This document shows positions 43,541 to 53,683 of a DNA stretch of 64,000 bases, piece by piece. This stretch comes from a virus. Both the position numbers and the translations under genes were made by a program. How positions within the stretch are numbered: position 1 is the first letter of the stretch; each line of letters begins with the position of its first letter. The DNA is taken from IMG/VR virus record IMGVR_UViG_3300009008_000003. One strand, 5' to 3'. The notes under the pieces are model-generated. The model was not told the DNA's origin. It made no database searches and saw only the letters and a program-made list of their open reading frames with translations.

Positions 43541-45000
43541 TCAGTGCCTTTCAAATTTTTGAGTATTTTTGATCTACGGACAGCTTGTCCCCTTAATAGA
43601 TCTATTCTTCGATCTACAAAATCTATAATAATGGGGTGTTTATCCACTGTAGCGGCCTTACGCATTAAACGGCCTGCAGATTGCCTTATTTTAATGGTAG
43701 ATTTAATAGGCGCGCACAATAATCCAACCTCTAACGTGGGTACATCCAGTCCCGTTGAGAATAATCCGTATGTAGATATTATAATGCGAAGATCCCCTTT
43801 ACGCAAGCGATCTATCACTTTTTTTCGATGTATTTTCGAAGCCTTTGATTTTAATACATCTACACGAACATCTCCCAACGATTTTGCTAATCTTTCTTTT
43901 GTGGCCTTTGGTATTGGGGCTATTAAAACATCCGATCCTGGTATCTTTTCGTGCAGCAGCAGGCATTGTACTATTCTTGAACATAGTAAAACAGTTTGCT
44001 CTTTTGGATAAAAATTTAGTTCTTCTATGATTAAGTCATTTCTTTCTTCGTCCTCTGATAGATCAGTTATCATATCTTGATAATCAGTTGTTGTAGTCAA
44101 CGGATAATAGTAATCCGTATTTATTGATTTATAAGTGGGGTAGAGTAGAACGTCATCTAATTCATCTAGTGGAACTTCATGTATCTTTGGTCCTGTTGCC
44201 CAATTTATTAAATCGCTTAGTCCATCGTCTCGTTTAAGCGTAGCACTAAATCCAAATTTATACTTTGTTTTTAATGTATTCATTACATCAAAGTATGTGG
44301 TGGCAGATACAATATGCACTTCATCTACAATTACCTGGCCGAAAAATTTATTACAGGCATTAATTGTCTTTTTATCAAATCTATGCAGTGTTTGAAAAGT
44401 GGCAATAGATATTGGCCTAAATTCGCATTTACCTTCTGCCATAAGTCCTATGTGCTCATCTGGTATATTTGTAAATTTTTTAATTTGTGCTATAAATTGT
44501 TGCGCTAACTCAATTCTGTTTACTACAACTAAAGTAGCTACTTTTCGTTGTGTTAGCATATTTACCATTACAAGAGTTTTCCCAGAACCTGTCATAGCTT
44601 GAACAACACCCATAGTTCTGTCTCCGATGCTGATCATAGCATCATGTTGGTACTTTCGTAGGGTGCCAGTGAATTTGTACTTGCCTAATGTTTCTTTTGC
44701 TAAATCTATGCCCTCCGCCCTAGCATCTGCAAACACTGGTTTTATATTAGCCATTTTTGTAAGCTCTAACAGGCGTTGAGTATACCCTACTGGTATGGAA
44801 ACTTCTGATGAGCCTAAATGCCACATATATGTTAAATTTTTTTGTATTCCATAGTTAGGAAGATTTAATTTTTGTTTATTTATATATTGTGGATTTGTTA
44901 TAGTTAATTCTTTTTCTAATATGGATATTACCGCTCTTTCTTCTTTGTTTTTACGATCATACTTAATATTAGTAGTTTCTTGTACTATTACGAACATCAT
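43537..45000 (-). CDS. SF2 helicase (ResIII/UvsW-like)
   Basis: LRKYQ, TGSGKT, DEVH, FSAT, TGLDVP, QSAGR. Confidence 0.93.
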   Translation of the reverse strand: MMFVIVQETTNIKYDRKNKEERAVISILEKELTITNPQYINKQKLNLPNYGIQKNLTYMWHLGSSEVSIPVGYTQRLLELTKMANIKPVFADARAEGIDLAKETLGKYKFTGTLRKYQHDAMISIGDRTMGVVQAMTGSGKTLVMVNMLTQRKVATLVVVNRIELAQQFIAQIKKFTNIPDEHIGLMAEGKCEFRPISIATFQTLHRFDKKTINACNKFFGQVIVDEVHIVSATTYFDVMNTLKTKYKFGFSATLKRDDGLSDLINWATGPKIHEVPLDELDDVLLYPTYKSINTDYYYPLTTTTDYQDMITDLSEDEERNDLIIEELNFYPKEQTVLLCSRIVQCLLLHEKIPGSDVLIAPIPKATKERLAKSLGDVRVDVLKSKASKIHRKKVIDRLRKGDLRIIISTYGLFSTGLDVPTLEVGLLCAPIKSTIKIRQSAGRLMRKAATVDKHPIIIDFVDRRIDLLRGQAVRRSKILKNLKGTD

Positions 45001-45686
45001 TTCCTTTCTTTTGCTACATAATGCGAGCCTGCCACTATTGGGCTATAATGTGTTTTTATTTTACTAATTGTTTTGTTGTGTGCTATTGCCATAAACGGTA
45101 TTCTCTCAAAGTGTAATCCAGCTGGCTCTATTATTCTTCCTTTTTCCTCATATGCTGAATATATGAGATGTGATCCTGTTGTATATATAGTTGTAAATAA
45201 ATTAAAAATAGTTAGTAATCTATCTTTAGCCATTGTGTCTCTTGGACTTAAATAAGCCACTATTGAAGCCCTTGCTTTTTTTCTAGCAAAGTTTCTCACC
45301 TCTGTTGGGCTAACTCCTCCCGGGTGTTTAAAAGCTAAAAAATCGAAAGGTCTATAAGCTACTACCTTACGCTTCCAGTCTTCTATTTTACTATCTGTTT
45401 GTCCCCTGTCAACCGTGTTCTCATTTATTAAAATTACCTCATACTCAAAGTCACGATAACCTTCCTGGTTAGCTACACTTTCTAAACTTTGGTCCAGGTA
45501 ATTGTAAAAATTAGAACCTATCATAATTACACTGATATCCATTTTACTCCCGCTAAAAATCGAAGGTACATTGCCTTGTATAATTCTTATACCACATATT
45601 GACAGAAAATTTGCTCTATCGTATACTTTAAAGGACAGTAAAACTTTAATAAAGAGGAAATTATGCCCGACAAAAAAACCGAACAA
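44997..45686 (-). CDS. GT2-like protein (start probably MDISV at ~45541)
   Basis: ISVIM, SLESVANQ, EVILIN, RNFARKKAR. Confidence 0.6.
   Translation of the reverse strand: MFGFFVGHNFLFIKVLLSFKVYDRANFLSICGIRIIQGNVPSIFSGSKMDISVIMIGSNFYNYLDQSLESVANQEGYRDFEYEVILINENTVDRGQTDSKIEDWKRKVVAYRPFDFLAFKHPGGVSPTEVRNFARKKARASIVAYLSPRDTMAKDRLLTIFNLFTTIYTTGSHLIYSAYEEKGRIIEPAGLHFERIPFMAIAHNKTISKIKTHYSPIVAGSHYVAKERK
45586..45596 (-). promoter_or_regulatory. TGTGGTATAAG extended -10-like motif
   Basis: Same 11-mer at 11403-11413 and 24651-24661; variant at 32885-32895; all intergenic or at gene borders. Confidence 0.55.
45599..45627 (+). promoter_or_regulatory. sigma70 promoter at the strand switch
   Basis: TTGACA-17 nt-TATACT upstream of the 45663 ORF. 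Confidence 0.75.
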
Positions 45687-46079
45687 CCAGTAGTTGACCT
45701 AAAACTAACAGACGCACAAATCCAAGAGCATTTGGAAAATCTTGTTTTTAAATTTAGCACTGAGTACAGTTTTGAACTTTTTGATAAAACTTCGGTAAAG
45801 ATATCTAACCTAAACAACAGTAATCAACTTACAGTAGAAGATGAAATGCAGGCAATAAAGGGTTCACCCGCCTTTACCGTGCATAAATACCAAATTAAAA
45901 TACTCAGCCATACTTTAAAATCTTATGGCGAAGAGAAATTTGATACCCCAGAGGCTGCTTTAGAATTTATAACCAAACTTCCAAGCTCTGTGCTAGATAT
46001 AATTATATCATACCAGAATACTTTTGAAAAGGTTATCCATGATGCAGCTAAAGATAAGCATTTTAAAAATTTATCCTAA
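45663..46079 (+). CDS. putative tail assembly chaperone / baseplate hub assembly protein
   Basis: First gene of the structural module; position before tape-measure-like ORF. Confidence 0.55.
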   Translation: MPDKKTEQPVVDLKLTDAQIQEHLENLVFKFSTEYSFELFDKTSVKISNLNNSNQLTVEDEMQAIKGSPAFTVHKYQIKILSHTLKSYGEEKFDTPEAALEFITKLPSSVLDIIISYQNTFEKVIHDAAKDKHFKNLS

Positions 46080-46105
46080 GCCCTATTAATCGGCTTCGCG
46101 CTGAA

Positions 46106-46402
46106 ATGATGATTAATGGGGCGGATGTAGCTAAGATTATGCGCACCCCAACCGAGCTTGCTCTATTGATGTTTTATGCGTCCAAAGAGAGGCAACATTT
46201 TTTAGAAACAGAACTAAAATATAGATCCGTTTTAATGAACCCTGAAGATGACGAAGCCCGAACTAGTTTTAACCAATTACTAAGCGATTACTGGGATTCT
46301 ATAGATCCCACACGAAAAAAAGAAAGAGTTTCTTTTGCAGACAAGATAAAAGAATTCGACAATAAATTCAAAGATAAACCAATTGTGTTTAAACAAGAAT
46401 AA
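46106..46402 (+). CDS. hypothetical protein
   Basis: ORF. Confidence 0.55.
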   Translation: MMINGADVAKIMRTPTELALLMFYASKERQHFLETELKYRSVLMNPEDDEARTSFNQLLSDYWDSIDPTRKKERVSFADKIKEFDNKFKDKPIVFKQE

Positions 46403-46407
46403 GTACT

Positions 46408-49400
46408 ATGCCTAAATCTCCATTTAATTTTTACGATAATGAATATATTCAATCTGCTATGGGGCAAGAAGCTTCCAGTCCCTTAAATTTCCATATGCAA
46501 GATCGTATACCGCATCATGTGTATTACGCGGAAACCTTTGGCGATAGGACGCGGGAAGCGCCCGGGTATTATGGCGGTATAACAAAAGACTCCATACGTT
46601 ACAATGACGTCTATACCAGCACAGCTGGAGCAACTACTGCATTTGAAGCTGCGTTTGGATCTGCCTTTGGTTTAGCCGGTGCAGGAGTTGGATCATTTTT
46701 AGGACCGGCTACTGGTCCAGGAGCCTTTGTAGCTCCTTTAGTAGGAGCCGGTATAGGAGATACCATAGGGCGTGGTATAGGATCTTTTATAGGCAATACT
46801 ATAGGAGCTGCTCACCAGGATGAGTTAAATAGTATTAATTATATATTCCAAAGCACAAAAGGCATAGCAGGAGGAGGCCTGGATTGGGGGGAATCTACAG
46901 CTGCTGCCAGCAATTTAAGGGGTTGGGCACGTAGTTCTTACGAAACTAGCAGGTTAACCGGAGGGGTTGAAGGTCTTGGCGAGCTAATGGGAGAACTGAC
47001 TAGTGTCGGTGCCTTTAATGATGTTACTTCTGCTGACCAATATGTTCAAAAAGTAAAAGATGAGATAGGAGCACTCAAGCAATTACAATCTAGATTACGT
47101 GCATCTAAGGAAGAGATTCTCGGGTTTATGGGCGAATCATATTCTATGGGCATAAACGCTAGTGATTTAACAGACGGAGCGCTTTCCAGGGGCGTGCTAG
47201 AGGTAGGTGCTGCTATGGGGTTTGAATCTACTCAACTAGCTCAAGCAGGTTTATCAGCTGGCGGCATAATGGCTAACGCAGGAATATCGGCATCCAATGC
47301 TTTTGGTGCTGGTGTAACTTCTATGATTCATAGCCAGGCTTTATATAATAGTTTAGGCTCTGCTGACCAAAGAATAATAGCTATGGGCGGCGGGGTTGAG
47401 GCTATGGCAGCAGGCAATGTTCGCCAAGGTATGAATTTCATGCAAAGTGATATGGGCCAAATGGCTATGGCTGCTATGGTTGCCGGTGGTTTAAATACAA
47501 GCCAAATGGCTAATATGAGTTTTGCGGGAATAATGGAAGCGGGTAGTCCGACATTTACAGATCCTCTGTCCAGAGCAACCTTTACTGGCTTACAGCGCGA
47601 ATTAATAGGAGCTATGAACCCACTAGTTATGGATCAACTAGAAGGTCGCATGAGTGTTGATCGTGCCAGAGAGGATCTTATGTTAGATCAAAATCAGTCG
47701 ATATCCAATGCTGCACTTAGGGGTTGGTTCGTAAATTATGCAGGATATACTTATCAATCGGCTGCAGAGGCTGCTCTAAAAATGGGCATGGATTCTTATG
47801 ATTATGCTGCATCTGCTGATAGAGCTGCTAGATATGCTCCTTCAACTTCGCATAGTAGAACATCTAGATTAGCACTTAATACAGAAAGAGCTACTGGAGC
47901 TGTTGTTGGTTTCCTATCAGATCTTTGGGGAGAAATTGCTGATCCGATTCGTTCAGATTGGGAAGCTGCTGGGGAGGGTATTTTAGCTGATGTTTCTTCT
48001 TTTGTTGGTGGAACTGGAAGAATAAGTAACAGACTTATTGGCAGGGACGAGGCTATACGACTTCCGGACTATGCTCTAGACCAACTTGAAGATTGGGATA
48101 ACGCGGCAGCCGCGGGAGAACTTGCGGATATGCTTTCGACTGTTGGTAGTGTTAGAGGTTCTAGTGATTATGGGTATAGAAAAGATATTTCATGGACATC
48201 CAGCTATCGCCTAAATGCCAGTCAGCGAGAAGTGGCACAGACTCATGCTATGAACAGAAATGCCACAAAATGGATGGGCCGTGCTATTGCCCGCGGGGCT
48301 TTAAGGCATGAGCATTTTGACAGCGCTGAAGCTTATGAATCTCAAATAGATTTATTTGAAGAGGTAGCAGCCGGAGTCCAGCAGGAATATACTGGTGAAA
48401 TGGATTTAGATTTATTAAAACAGATAAGCGGGGCTGGGCTATCTGGCATGACATTTTCCGCTGCCTCCCAAAAGTGGGCTAGAATAAGAGGAAATAATAT
48501 GACGGTGGCAGAAGCAGCAAGCGAACTATATTATGCAGGGGACAACGGAAGTGATACAGCGCGCGGTTTAGCGGGACGCAGAGAATTTACTCCAGACTAT
48601 TGGAGACCTTTAAAAGGTATTGGGAATACTATAGAAGATTATGAAGAAGAATACGAGGGCATAGTAGGCCGGGTAAATGCTGAAGGTAAAAGATTATTTG
48701 GTGGCGGCGGACTCGCCGGCACCTCCGGAGATTGGTCTTGGTTTTCGCAAAGAAAATTCTTTAAAGCAATTGAATCCGTTTATGGGGATAAATATACATT
48801 AAAAGATGTAGAAATGGATAGAATTTTTGAAGAACTTAGAGACACCGAAAACATTAGTGTAGAGGATTGGGATGAAGATTATGGCGAGCTACGCAATAGA
48901 TATACAGCTATGCAAGTAGGAACAATGGAGGACAGGGAAAGAGCTCGCAATAATAATCTTATAATGACTGCCGGCTCAGCGTTATCTAACCTTAGAAAAG
49001 GATCCCTTAGTAGTGGCGTTATGCGAGGGATGGTTAGCTCTTACGATGAACATGTAGGCGGTGTGAATGCGCGGCTTAGAGGTATATTACAAGCTACCGG
49101 CGTGCGAGGCGCTCTAGGAGCTGCCGTAAGTGGGGGAATGGATGAAATGTTAGATCTTACGGGAGCGATATCAAAGGCTTCAGAATTAGCAGATGAAGCT
49201 GGATTAGGCCCACAATTAGGAACATTCCTAGTTAGAGAAGCCGGCGTTATGGCTAATCCTTATCTACGCGAAGGCGTGCGGGCACAAATTTCTACCAGAA
49301 ATAGCGGATATAGCCTTGAAGACCAGGAAGCGGCGGCTAGTCATGCCTTTTCTGCAGCAGCTAGTTCAGAGCAGAGAGAATTGGCGGCAGGGGTAGAGGC

Positions 49401-49617
49401 AGATACCAAAGCATTATATGCCATGATGAATAGTACTTCTACCTTCATACATAATGTAGATCCTAAAATTACTACAGAAGAAGAGATGAAGGAGTATTTG
49501 AGCGAAGGTGATACCCCAAGAAAAACACTAGATTCAAATATTATGCAGCAATTCACTCTACAAAGAATACATGAAGTTTTAAATACCAGATTGCCACATT
49601 ATCCACATTATGAGTAA
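46408..49617 (+). CDS. tape-measure-like protein
   Basis: 1069 aa, Gly/Ala-rich, hydrophobic GAFVAPLVGAGIG segment. Confidence 0.6.
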   Translation: MPKSPFNFYDNEYIQSAMGQEASSPLNFHMQDRIPHHVYYAETFGDRTREAPGYYGGITKDSIRYNDVYTSTAGATTAFEAAFGSAFGLAGAGVGSFLGPATGPGAFVAPLVGAGIGDTIGRGIGSFIGNTIGAAHQDELNSINYIFQSTKGIAGGGLDWGESTAAASNLRGWARSSYETSRLTGGVEGLGELMGELTSVGAFNDVTSADQYVQKVKDEIGALKQLQSRLRASKEEILGFMGESYSMGINASDLTDGALSRGVLEVGAAMGFESTQLAQAGLSAGGIMANAGISASNAFGAGVTSMIHSQALYNSLGSADQRIIAMGGGVEAMAAGNVRQGMNFMQSDMGQMAMAAMVAGGLNTSQMANMSFAGIMEAGSPTFTDPLSRATFTGLQRELIGAMNPLVMDQLEGRMSVDRAREDLMLDQNQSISNAALRGWFVNYAGYTYQSAAEAALKMGMDSYDYAASADRAARYAPSTSHSRTSRLALNTERATGAVVGFLSDLWGEIADPIRSDWEAAGEGILADVSSFVGGTGRISNRLIGRDEAIRLPDYALDQLEDWDNAAAAGELADMLSTVGSVRGSSDYGYRKDISWTSSYRLNASQREVAQTHAMNRNATKWMGRAIARGALRHEHFDSAEAYESQIDLFEEVAAGVQQEYTGEMDLDLLKQISGAGLSGMTFSAASQKWARIRGNNMTVAEAASELYYAGDNGSDTARGLAGRREFTPDYWRPLKGIGNTIEDYEEEYEGIVGRVNAEGKRLFGGGGLAGTSGDWSWFSQRKFFKAIESVYGDKYTLKDVEMDRIFEELRDTENISVEDWDEDYGELRNRYTAMQVGTMEDRERARNNNLIMTAGSALSNLRKGSLSSGVMRGMVSSYDEHVGGVNARLRGILQATGVRGALGAAVSGGMDEMLDLTGAISKASELADEAGLGPQLGTFLVREAGVMANPYLREGVRAQISTRNSGYSLEDQEAAASHAFSAAASSEQRELAAGVEADTKALYAMMNSTSTFIHNVDPKITTEEEMKEYLSEGDTPRKTLDSNIMQQFTLQRIHEVLNTRLPHYPHYE

Positions 49618-51886
49618 ATTAGTAAAAGCAAAAGTTTATTTAGAAGGAATACAAGTTCCTTTTACCAGAGTACAAATAGTAGAAAGAGAAAATGCTCCGC
49701 CTACGTGTTCCATTAACTTTTCAACTAACGATCGTTTTTTAAATTTATTACCTAAAACAGTGTGTCACGTTTTTTATTATCATAACGGTGCTTATAGGCT
49801 AATATATACAGGGGAATTAACTTCTGTAGGTTTTCAAAAAACGACAGGTAGTAGAAGTGTAAACGCTAACTTCGTCGGGTTTACTACAAACTGGAGAGAT
49901 TTTGTAATGGGGGTAGCGGGCTTTGGGGGAGAGAATCGTCGCGAGATGACGGATTTTTATCTAATACGAGGTTTGCCAGAAGTTCCCAGCAGTAAGAACG
50001 AAGATCTATTTTTCCAAAAAGCCGAAGCACAGAATTTAGACAAAGACGAACAACCGCACGGAGGAGAATCCTCAGTTCCGGACTATGTTGCTCAGGGTTG
50101 GCATTTTACTAAACGGGCACAGAAAAATTCATTTTTTGACTTAGTTTATAACAAGCTTTTAGACCTGGCAATAACTAGAGAATATGATTCAGACGGCAAT
50201 GAAATACTAGGACCATACAATTATACAGTTCCAAATTTATTAGAAGCCTTGTTTAGAAATTTAAATGATTTTGTCGTATCTTCTAACCCATACTATAATA
50301 TTTTAAACAAGAGATCTAAATTATGGGAACGAGTCTATACTATAAAAAATAGTAACGCCGATGAAATCTTTACTAGACTGATAACTTTCAATAATAGTCC
50401 ATTCCGAGGACACCTTAGAAGTTTAGCGGGTGTCAATAGTTTTAGCACTGTTTTGCAAGGGATATTAGACTACTTCTTATATAGCATCGCGGAAATAGGT
50501 GCGCCAATTTCATATGAAAATGGAAATAAATTTAAAAATATTATACTAAAACCTGACCTCAGTTATGCACTGCCTATAAAATGCAATGTAATTTATCCGG
50601 ACGATATTTCTACTCTAAGTTTTTCTAGAAATTTTGAAAATGAACCAACTAGAATGTCTGCTACATTGGCTCCACAAATATTAAAACGAGGAACTGACCC
50701 GGCAATAGCTGACTTCATGTTTATGGTTCCAAAGATTTGGGTTGATGAAGAAATAAAACCTAATATATGGCTTGAAGAAGAATATTTCGAATATAAGTCT
50801 ATTGGTGCTTGGGCAGCTCATTTTCCACAGGAAGAATCAAAAACTGTTTCTTACCCTGCAGCAGGTCTTAGTTATAGAGAGCTATTGTCTGGTATGCGCG
50901 CTGTTAAAACCGGGTACCCGTCTTCTGTAGAGCTGGCATTTGTTGGCGCTGTATTTCCTACAGACCCGGAAGGCAACCAAGATGATTTCTTTTTTGTAGA
51001 AGCGGAAGGCGTTCACAGTCCATTTTTAGATAAATTAAATAAAAAAGGCAAAAGTAAAGAAGAATACCATGAGCGTGGCTTACTATCCACAGAAGAAATA
51101 GAAGAATACATGGTAAAGGTTCTAGAGGCTAGATTTTATAATGCAAAATTTAGTGCAAGACGCGCAGCTGTATCCACGAGTTATAATCCTAATAGATTGG
51201 TTGGCTTTCCTTCTCTTGTAATAGGTGAAGAAAAACTATCATCATTGGTGGGACTGGTCACGGGTATTACATCCACAATAGATGCTAATGGAAATGCCAC
51301 GCAAGATTTAACTTTGGATAAAGTTAGAATTATAGACGAGCAAACTGAACTTGACACCACATACGAATCTAGAGCCCTGCGGGATTTATTACCACACTTT
51401 GACTATTTTTATGACTCTAGCTATATGCCAGCTAAAATAGGTACTGAACTATATAATGAAATAATGGCTTATGACGATTCGGACAAAGATGGAAGTATAT
51501 ATGAATTTGCTACTCCTGGCATAACCAATAGTAGTTATCTTGGAGTTTCCAATATAACTTATAGCGCTATTTTACATTTAAAAGCTATTCTAAAGAATAG
51601 TAATGACAGGGAGCGTAGACAATTTATAAATATAAATACATCAAGAAATATACCAAGTGAATCAGAGACGTGGAAGTTTTTAGGGGCTGACAGCGCTGTT
51701 TCCTTAGACCATGAAAACAACACGCACTCTATAAAAGATTTAGCTGGTAAAGAATTCGAAGAGAGTGAGCTATGGGATGCAATAATAGATGACCCCGAAG
51801 GCAAAGGTACCAGGAAACTGTTTGTGAAAGAGCGACAAGAAGTCGTGCAAGAAATAATGATATCTAATAATGTGGAGTTAGGATAA
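49610..51886 (+). CDS. baseplate hub/tail protein (putative)
   Basis: KVYLEGIQVPF N-terminus; position after tape measure. Confidence 0.55.
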   Translation: MSKLVKAKVYLEGIQVPFTRVQIVERENAPPTCSINFSTNDRFLNLLPKTVCHVFYYHNGAYRLIYTGELTSVGFQKTTGSRSVNANFVGFTTNWRDFVMGVAGFGGENRREMTDFYLIRGLPEVPSSKNEDLFFQKAEAQNLDKDEQPHGGESSVPDYVAQGWHFTKRAQKNSFFDLVYNKLLDLAITREYDSDGNEILGPYNYTVPNLLEALFRNLNDFVVSSNPYYNILNKRSKLWERVYTIKNSNADEIFTRLITFNNSPFRGHLRSLAGVNSFSTVLQGILDYFLYSIAEIGAPISYENGNKFKNIILKPDLSYALPIKCNVIYPDDISTLSFSRNFENEPTRMSATLAPQILKRGTDPAIADFMFMVPKIWVDEEIKPNIWLEEEYFEYKSIGAWAAHFPQEESKTVSYPAAGLSYRELLSGMRAVKTGYPSSVELAFVGAVFPTDPEGNQDDFFFVEAEGVHSPFLDKLNKKGKSKEEYHERGLLSTEEIEEYMVKVLEARFYNAKFSARRAAVSTSYNPNRLVGFPSLVIGEEKLSSLVGLVTGITSTIDANGNATQDLTLDKVRIIDEQTELDTTYESRALRDLLPHFDYFYDSSYMPAKIGTELYNEIMAYDDSDKDGSIYEFATPGITNSSYLGVSNITYSAILHLKAILKNSNDRERRQFININTSRNIPSESETWKFLGADSAVSLDHENNTHSIKDLAGKEFEESELWDAIIDDPEGKGTRKLFVKERQEVVQEIMISNNVELG

Positions 51887-52950
51887 TGGCAATTGATTAT
51901 GCTACCGTTATAAATAATACAGGGACAGGCGGCGATATCCTACTTAATGCTCCCAATGCGGTTGCGTATTTAGATTCTGCTGGTAGCCGTGGGGTAACAG
52001 GGCGATCTAATATAGTAAATAAGTACGAAACCAAAAACATTGGTATTGATTTTAAACAACAAAGCGCTATGCTATTAACAACGCCAAACCCAAACGCCGG
52101 AAAAGATGCTATTCCATCTATTTTTGGCACAAATCAGTTTTTATTAACAGCTTTTAGGGAAGTGCGACAAGAGAAAGTACAGATACTGGAAACATTTGGT
52201 GCACCATCTTTGTACTTTTTCGACGAAAAAACAAAGGTATACAATATAACCGGAGTTTTATTAGAGGCAAAACCTGCCAATTTAAAACAGCGTTTTGACT
52301 ATGAAGATAATAGCGATTTCACACAAATGCGAAACCAGAGTAAAGAGTGGGTTGGTGGGTTCAAGGAATTTTGGAATACACATCTTAGAGGAAGTAAACT
52401 TGCGGAAAGTGGCAGAATAGCATTGTTAGTTTTTGGTAATGATATAATGTATGGGTATCCAGTGTCTTTTACTTTAAATAAAAGTAGCGCTACTCCAGCG
52501 CATCGTATTTTTAATATGTCTATGATAATTACAGACCATGTTACTAAGGAATCCTATTCTTATTATTATAAGCCATATCTTAGTGAGGATGTTCTGATGA
52601 TTTTACAGCTTGGAAGCATAATGGAACTTACCAGGTTGGACGAAATTTCTCGTATAACAGACTACACTATAGTTAATACTACTACCATTGATAATTTTAT
52701 TAATATTATAGCTAATCAGTTAATTACATTAAAAGAAGACAGAGATGAACTGCTAGCGGAAATAAGGGGATTAGATATGAACACCCCTACTTATGGCAAC
52801 GATGTATTAGTCAAAAATTCGGAAATAGAAGACATTGATGTAAAAATAACAGAACTAGAGACATTCCGTGCAGAGGTAGAAGTAGAGATATTTAAATTAT
52901 CAAATGATAATAACGGGTTACAAATAAAACTAAACGAACAAAGTACATAA
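51886..52950 (+). CDS. putative tail/baseplate protein with C-terminal coiled coil
   Basis: QEKVQILETFG..YFF motif; context. Confidence 0.5.
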   Translation: MAIDYATVINNTGTGGDILLNAPNAVAYLDSAGSRGVTGRSNIVNKYETKNIGIDFKQQSAMLLTTPNPNAGKDAIPSIFGTNQFLLTAFREVRQEKVQILETFGAPSLYFFDEKTKVYNITGVLLEAKPANLKQRFDYEDNSDFTQMRNQSKEWVGGFKEFWNTHLRGSKLAESGRIALLVFGNDIMYGYPVSFTLNKSSATPAHRIFNMSMIITDHVTKESYSYYYKPYLSEDVLMILQLGSIMELTRLDEISRITDYTIVNTTTIDNFINIIANQLITLKEDRDELLAEIRGLDMNTPTYGNDVLVKNSEIEDIDVKITELETFRAEVEVEIFKLSNDNNGLQIKLNEQST

Positions 52951-52951
52951 T

Positions 52952-53683
52952 ATGCCAACATTACAAGAGCGTAAGCAAGAAGAAATGAAAATGTGGGAAG
53001 CTTGGAAAACTGGGGATAATAAAGCACTTCCAAGTTTATTGACCAGTATGGACCCACTAATACAACAACAAGTATCTAAATACTCCACATCGGGCTTACC
53101 TAGGGTTGCCCTGGAAACGCAGGCTCGTAAATTAGCATACGATAGTTTTCATACTTACGACCCCAGTAAGGCTGGTTTAAATACACATGTTGTAAATAAC
53201 ATGAGACATATGCAACGCTTTGTAATTGAATATCAGAACGTTGGCAAGATTCCAGAGCATCGCGGTATTCTGATAACAAAGTACAATAACACCTACAGGC
53301 TCTTAGAAAATAAATTAGGTAGAGAACCTAGCCTAGCTGAGTTATCGGCCGATCTAGGGTGGTCTTTGGCCGAAACAGAGCGTATGCAGATGGAGCTTCG
53401 TAAGGATTTAACCATTGTACAAGAGTCAGGAGAAGAAGATGACTCTTCCGCGTTCTTTGATAGTAAACTTTACGAGACAGATAAGCTAAAAGATTATATT
53501 AGCTTCGTGTATCACAGCGCGTCTATGGAAGATAAAAAAATAATAGAATACTCTTTTGGTATTGGTGGTAGACAGCCACTTAAGGTAAAAGAGATAGCCA
53601 AAAAGCTTAACAAATCAGAATCATATATCAGAAAACGTAGAGCTATTATTGCCGAACAAATACAAGCTCATAGGAAATTTTAA
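52952..53683 (+). CDS. RNA polymerase sigma-70 family factor
   Basis: GDNKAL, YDPSKA, LGREPSLAELSADLG (region 3), HTH LKVKEIAKKLNKS (region 4). Confidence 0.88.
   Translation: MPTLQERKQEEMKMWEAWKTGDNKALPSLLTSMDPLIQQQVSKYSTSGLPRVALETQARKLAYDSFHTYDPSKAGLNTHVVNNMRHMQRFVIEYQNVGKIPEHRGILITKYNNTYRLLENKLGREPSLAELSADLGWSLAETERMQMELRKDLTIVQESGEEDDSSAFFDSKLYETDKLKDYISFVYHSASMEDKKIIEYSFGIGGRQPLKVKEIAKKLNKSESYIRKRRAIIAEQIQAHRKF

Noticed and set aside
356-44602. Numerous short plus-strand ORFs opposite the minus-strand genes (and minus-strand ORFs after 46 kb)
   Set aside because: Antisense shadows of well-supported genes, with no RBS or recognisable motifs
46611-46796. Pro/Ala-rich ORF with repeats (PAPTKG...)
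   Set aside because: Antisense reading of the Gly/Ala-rich tape-measure-like segment
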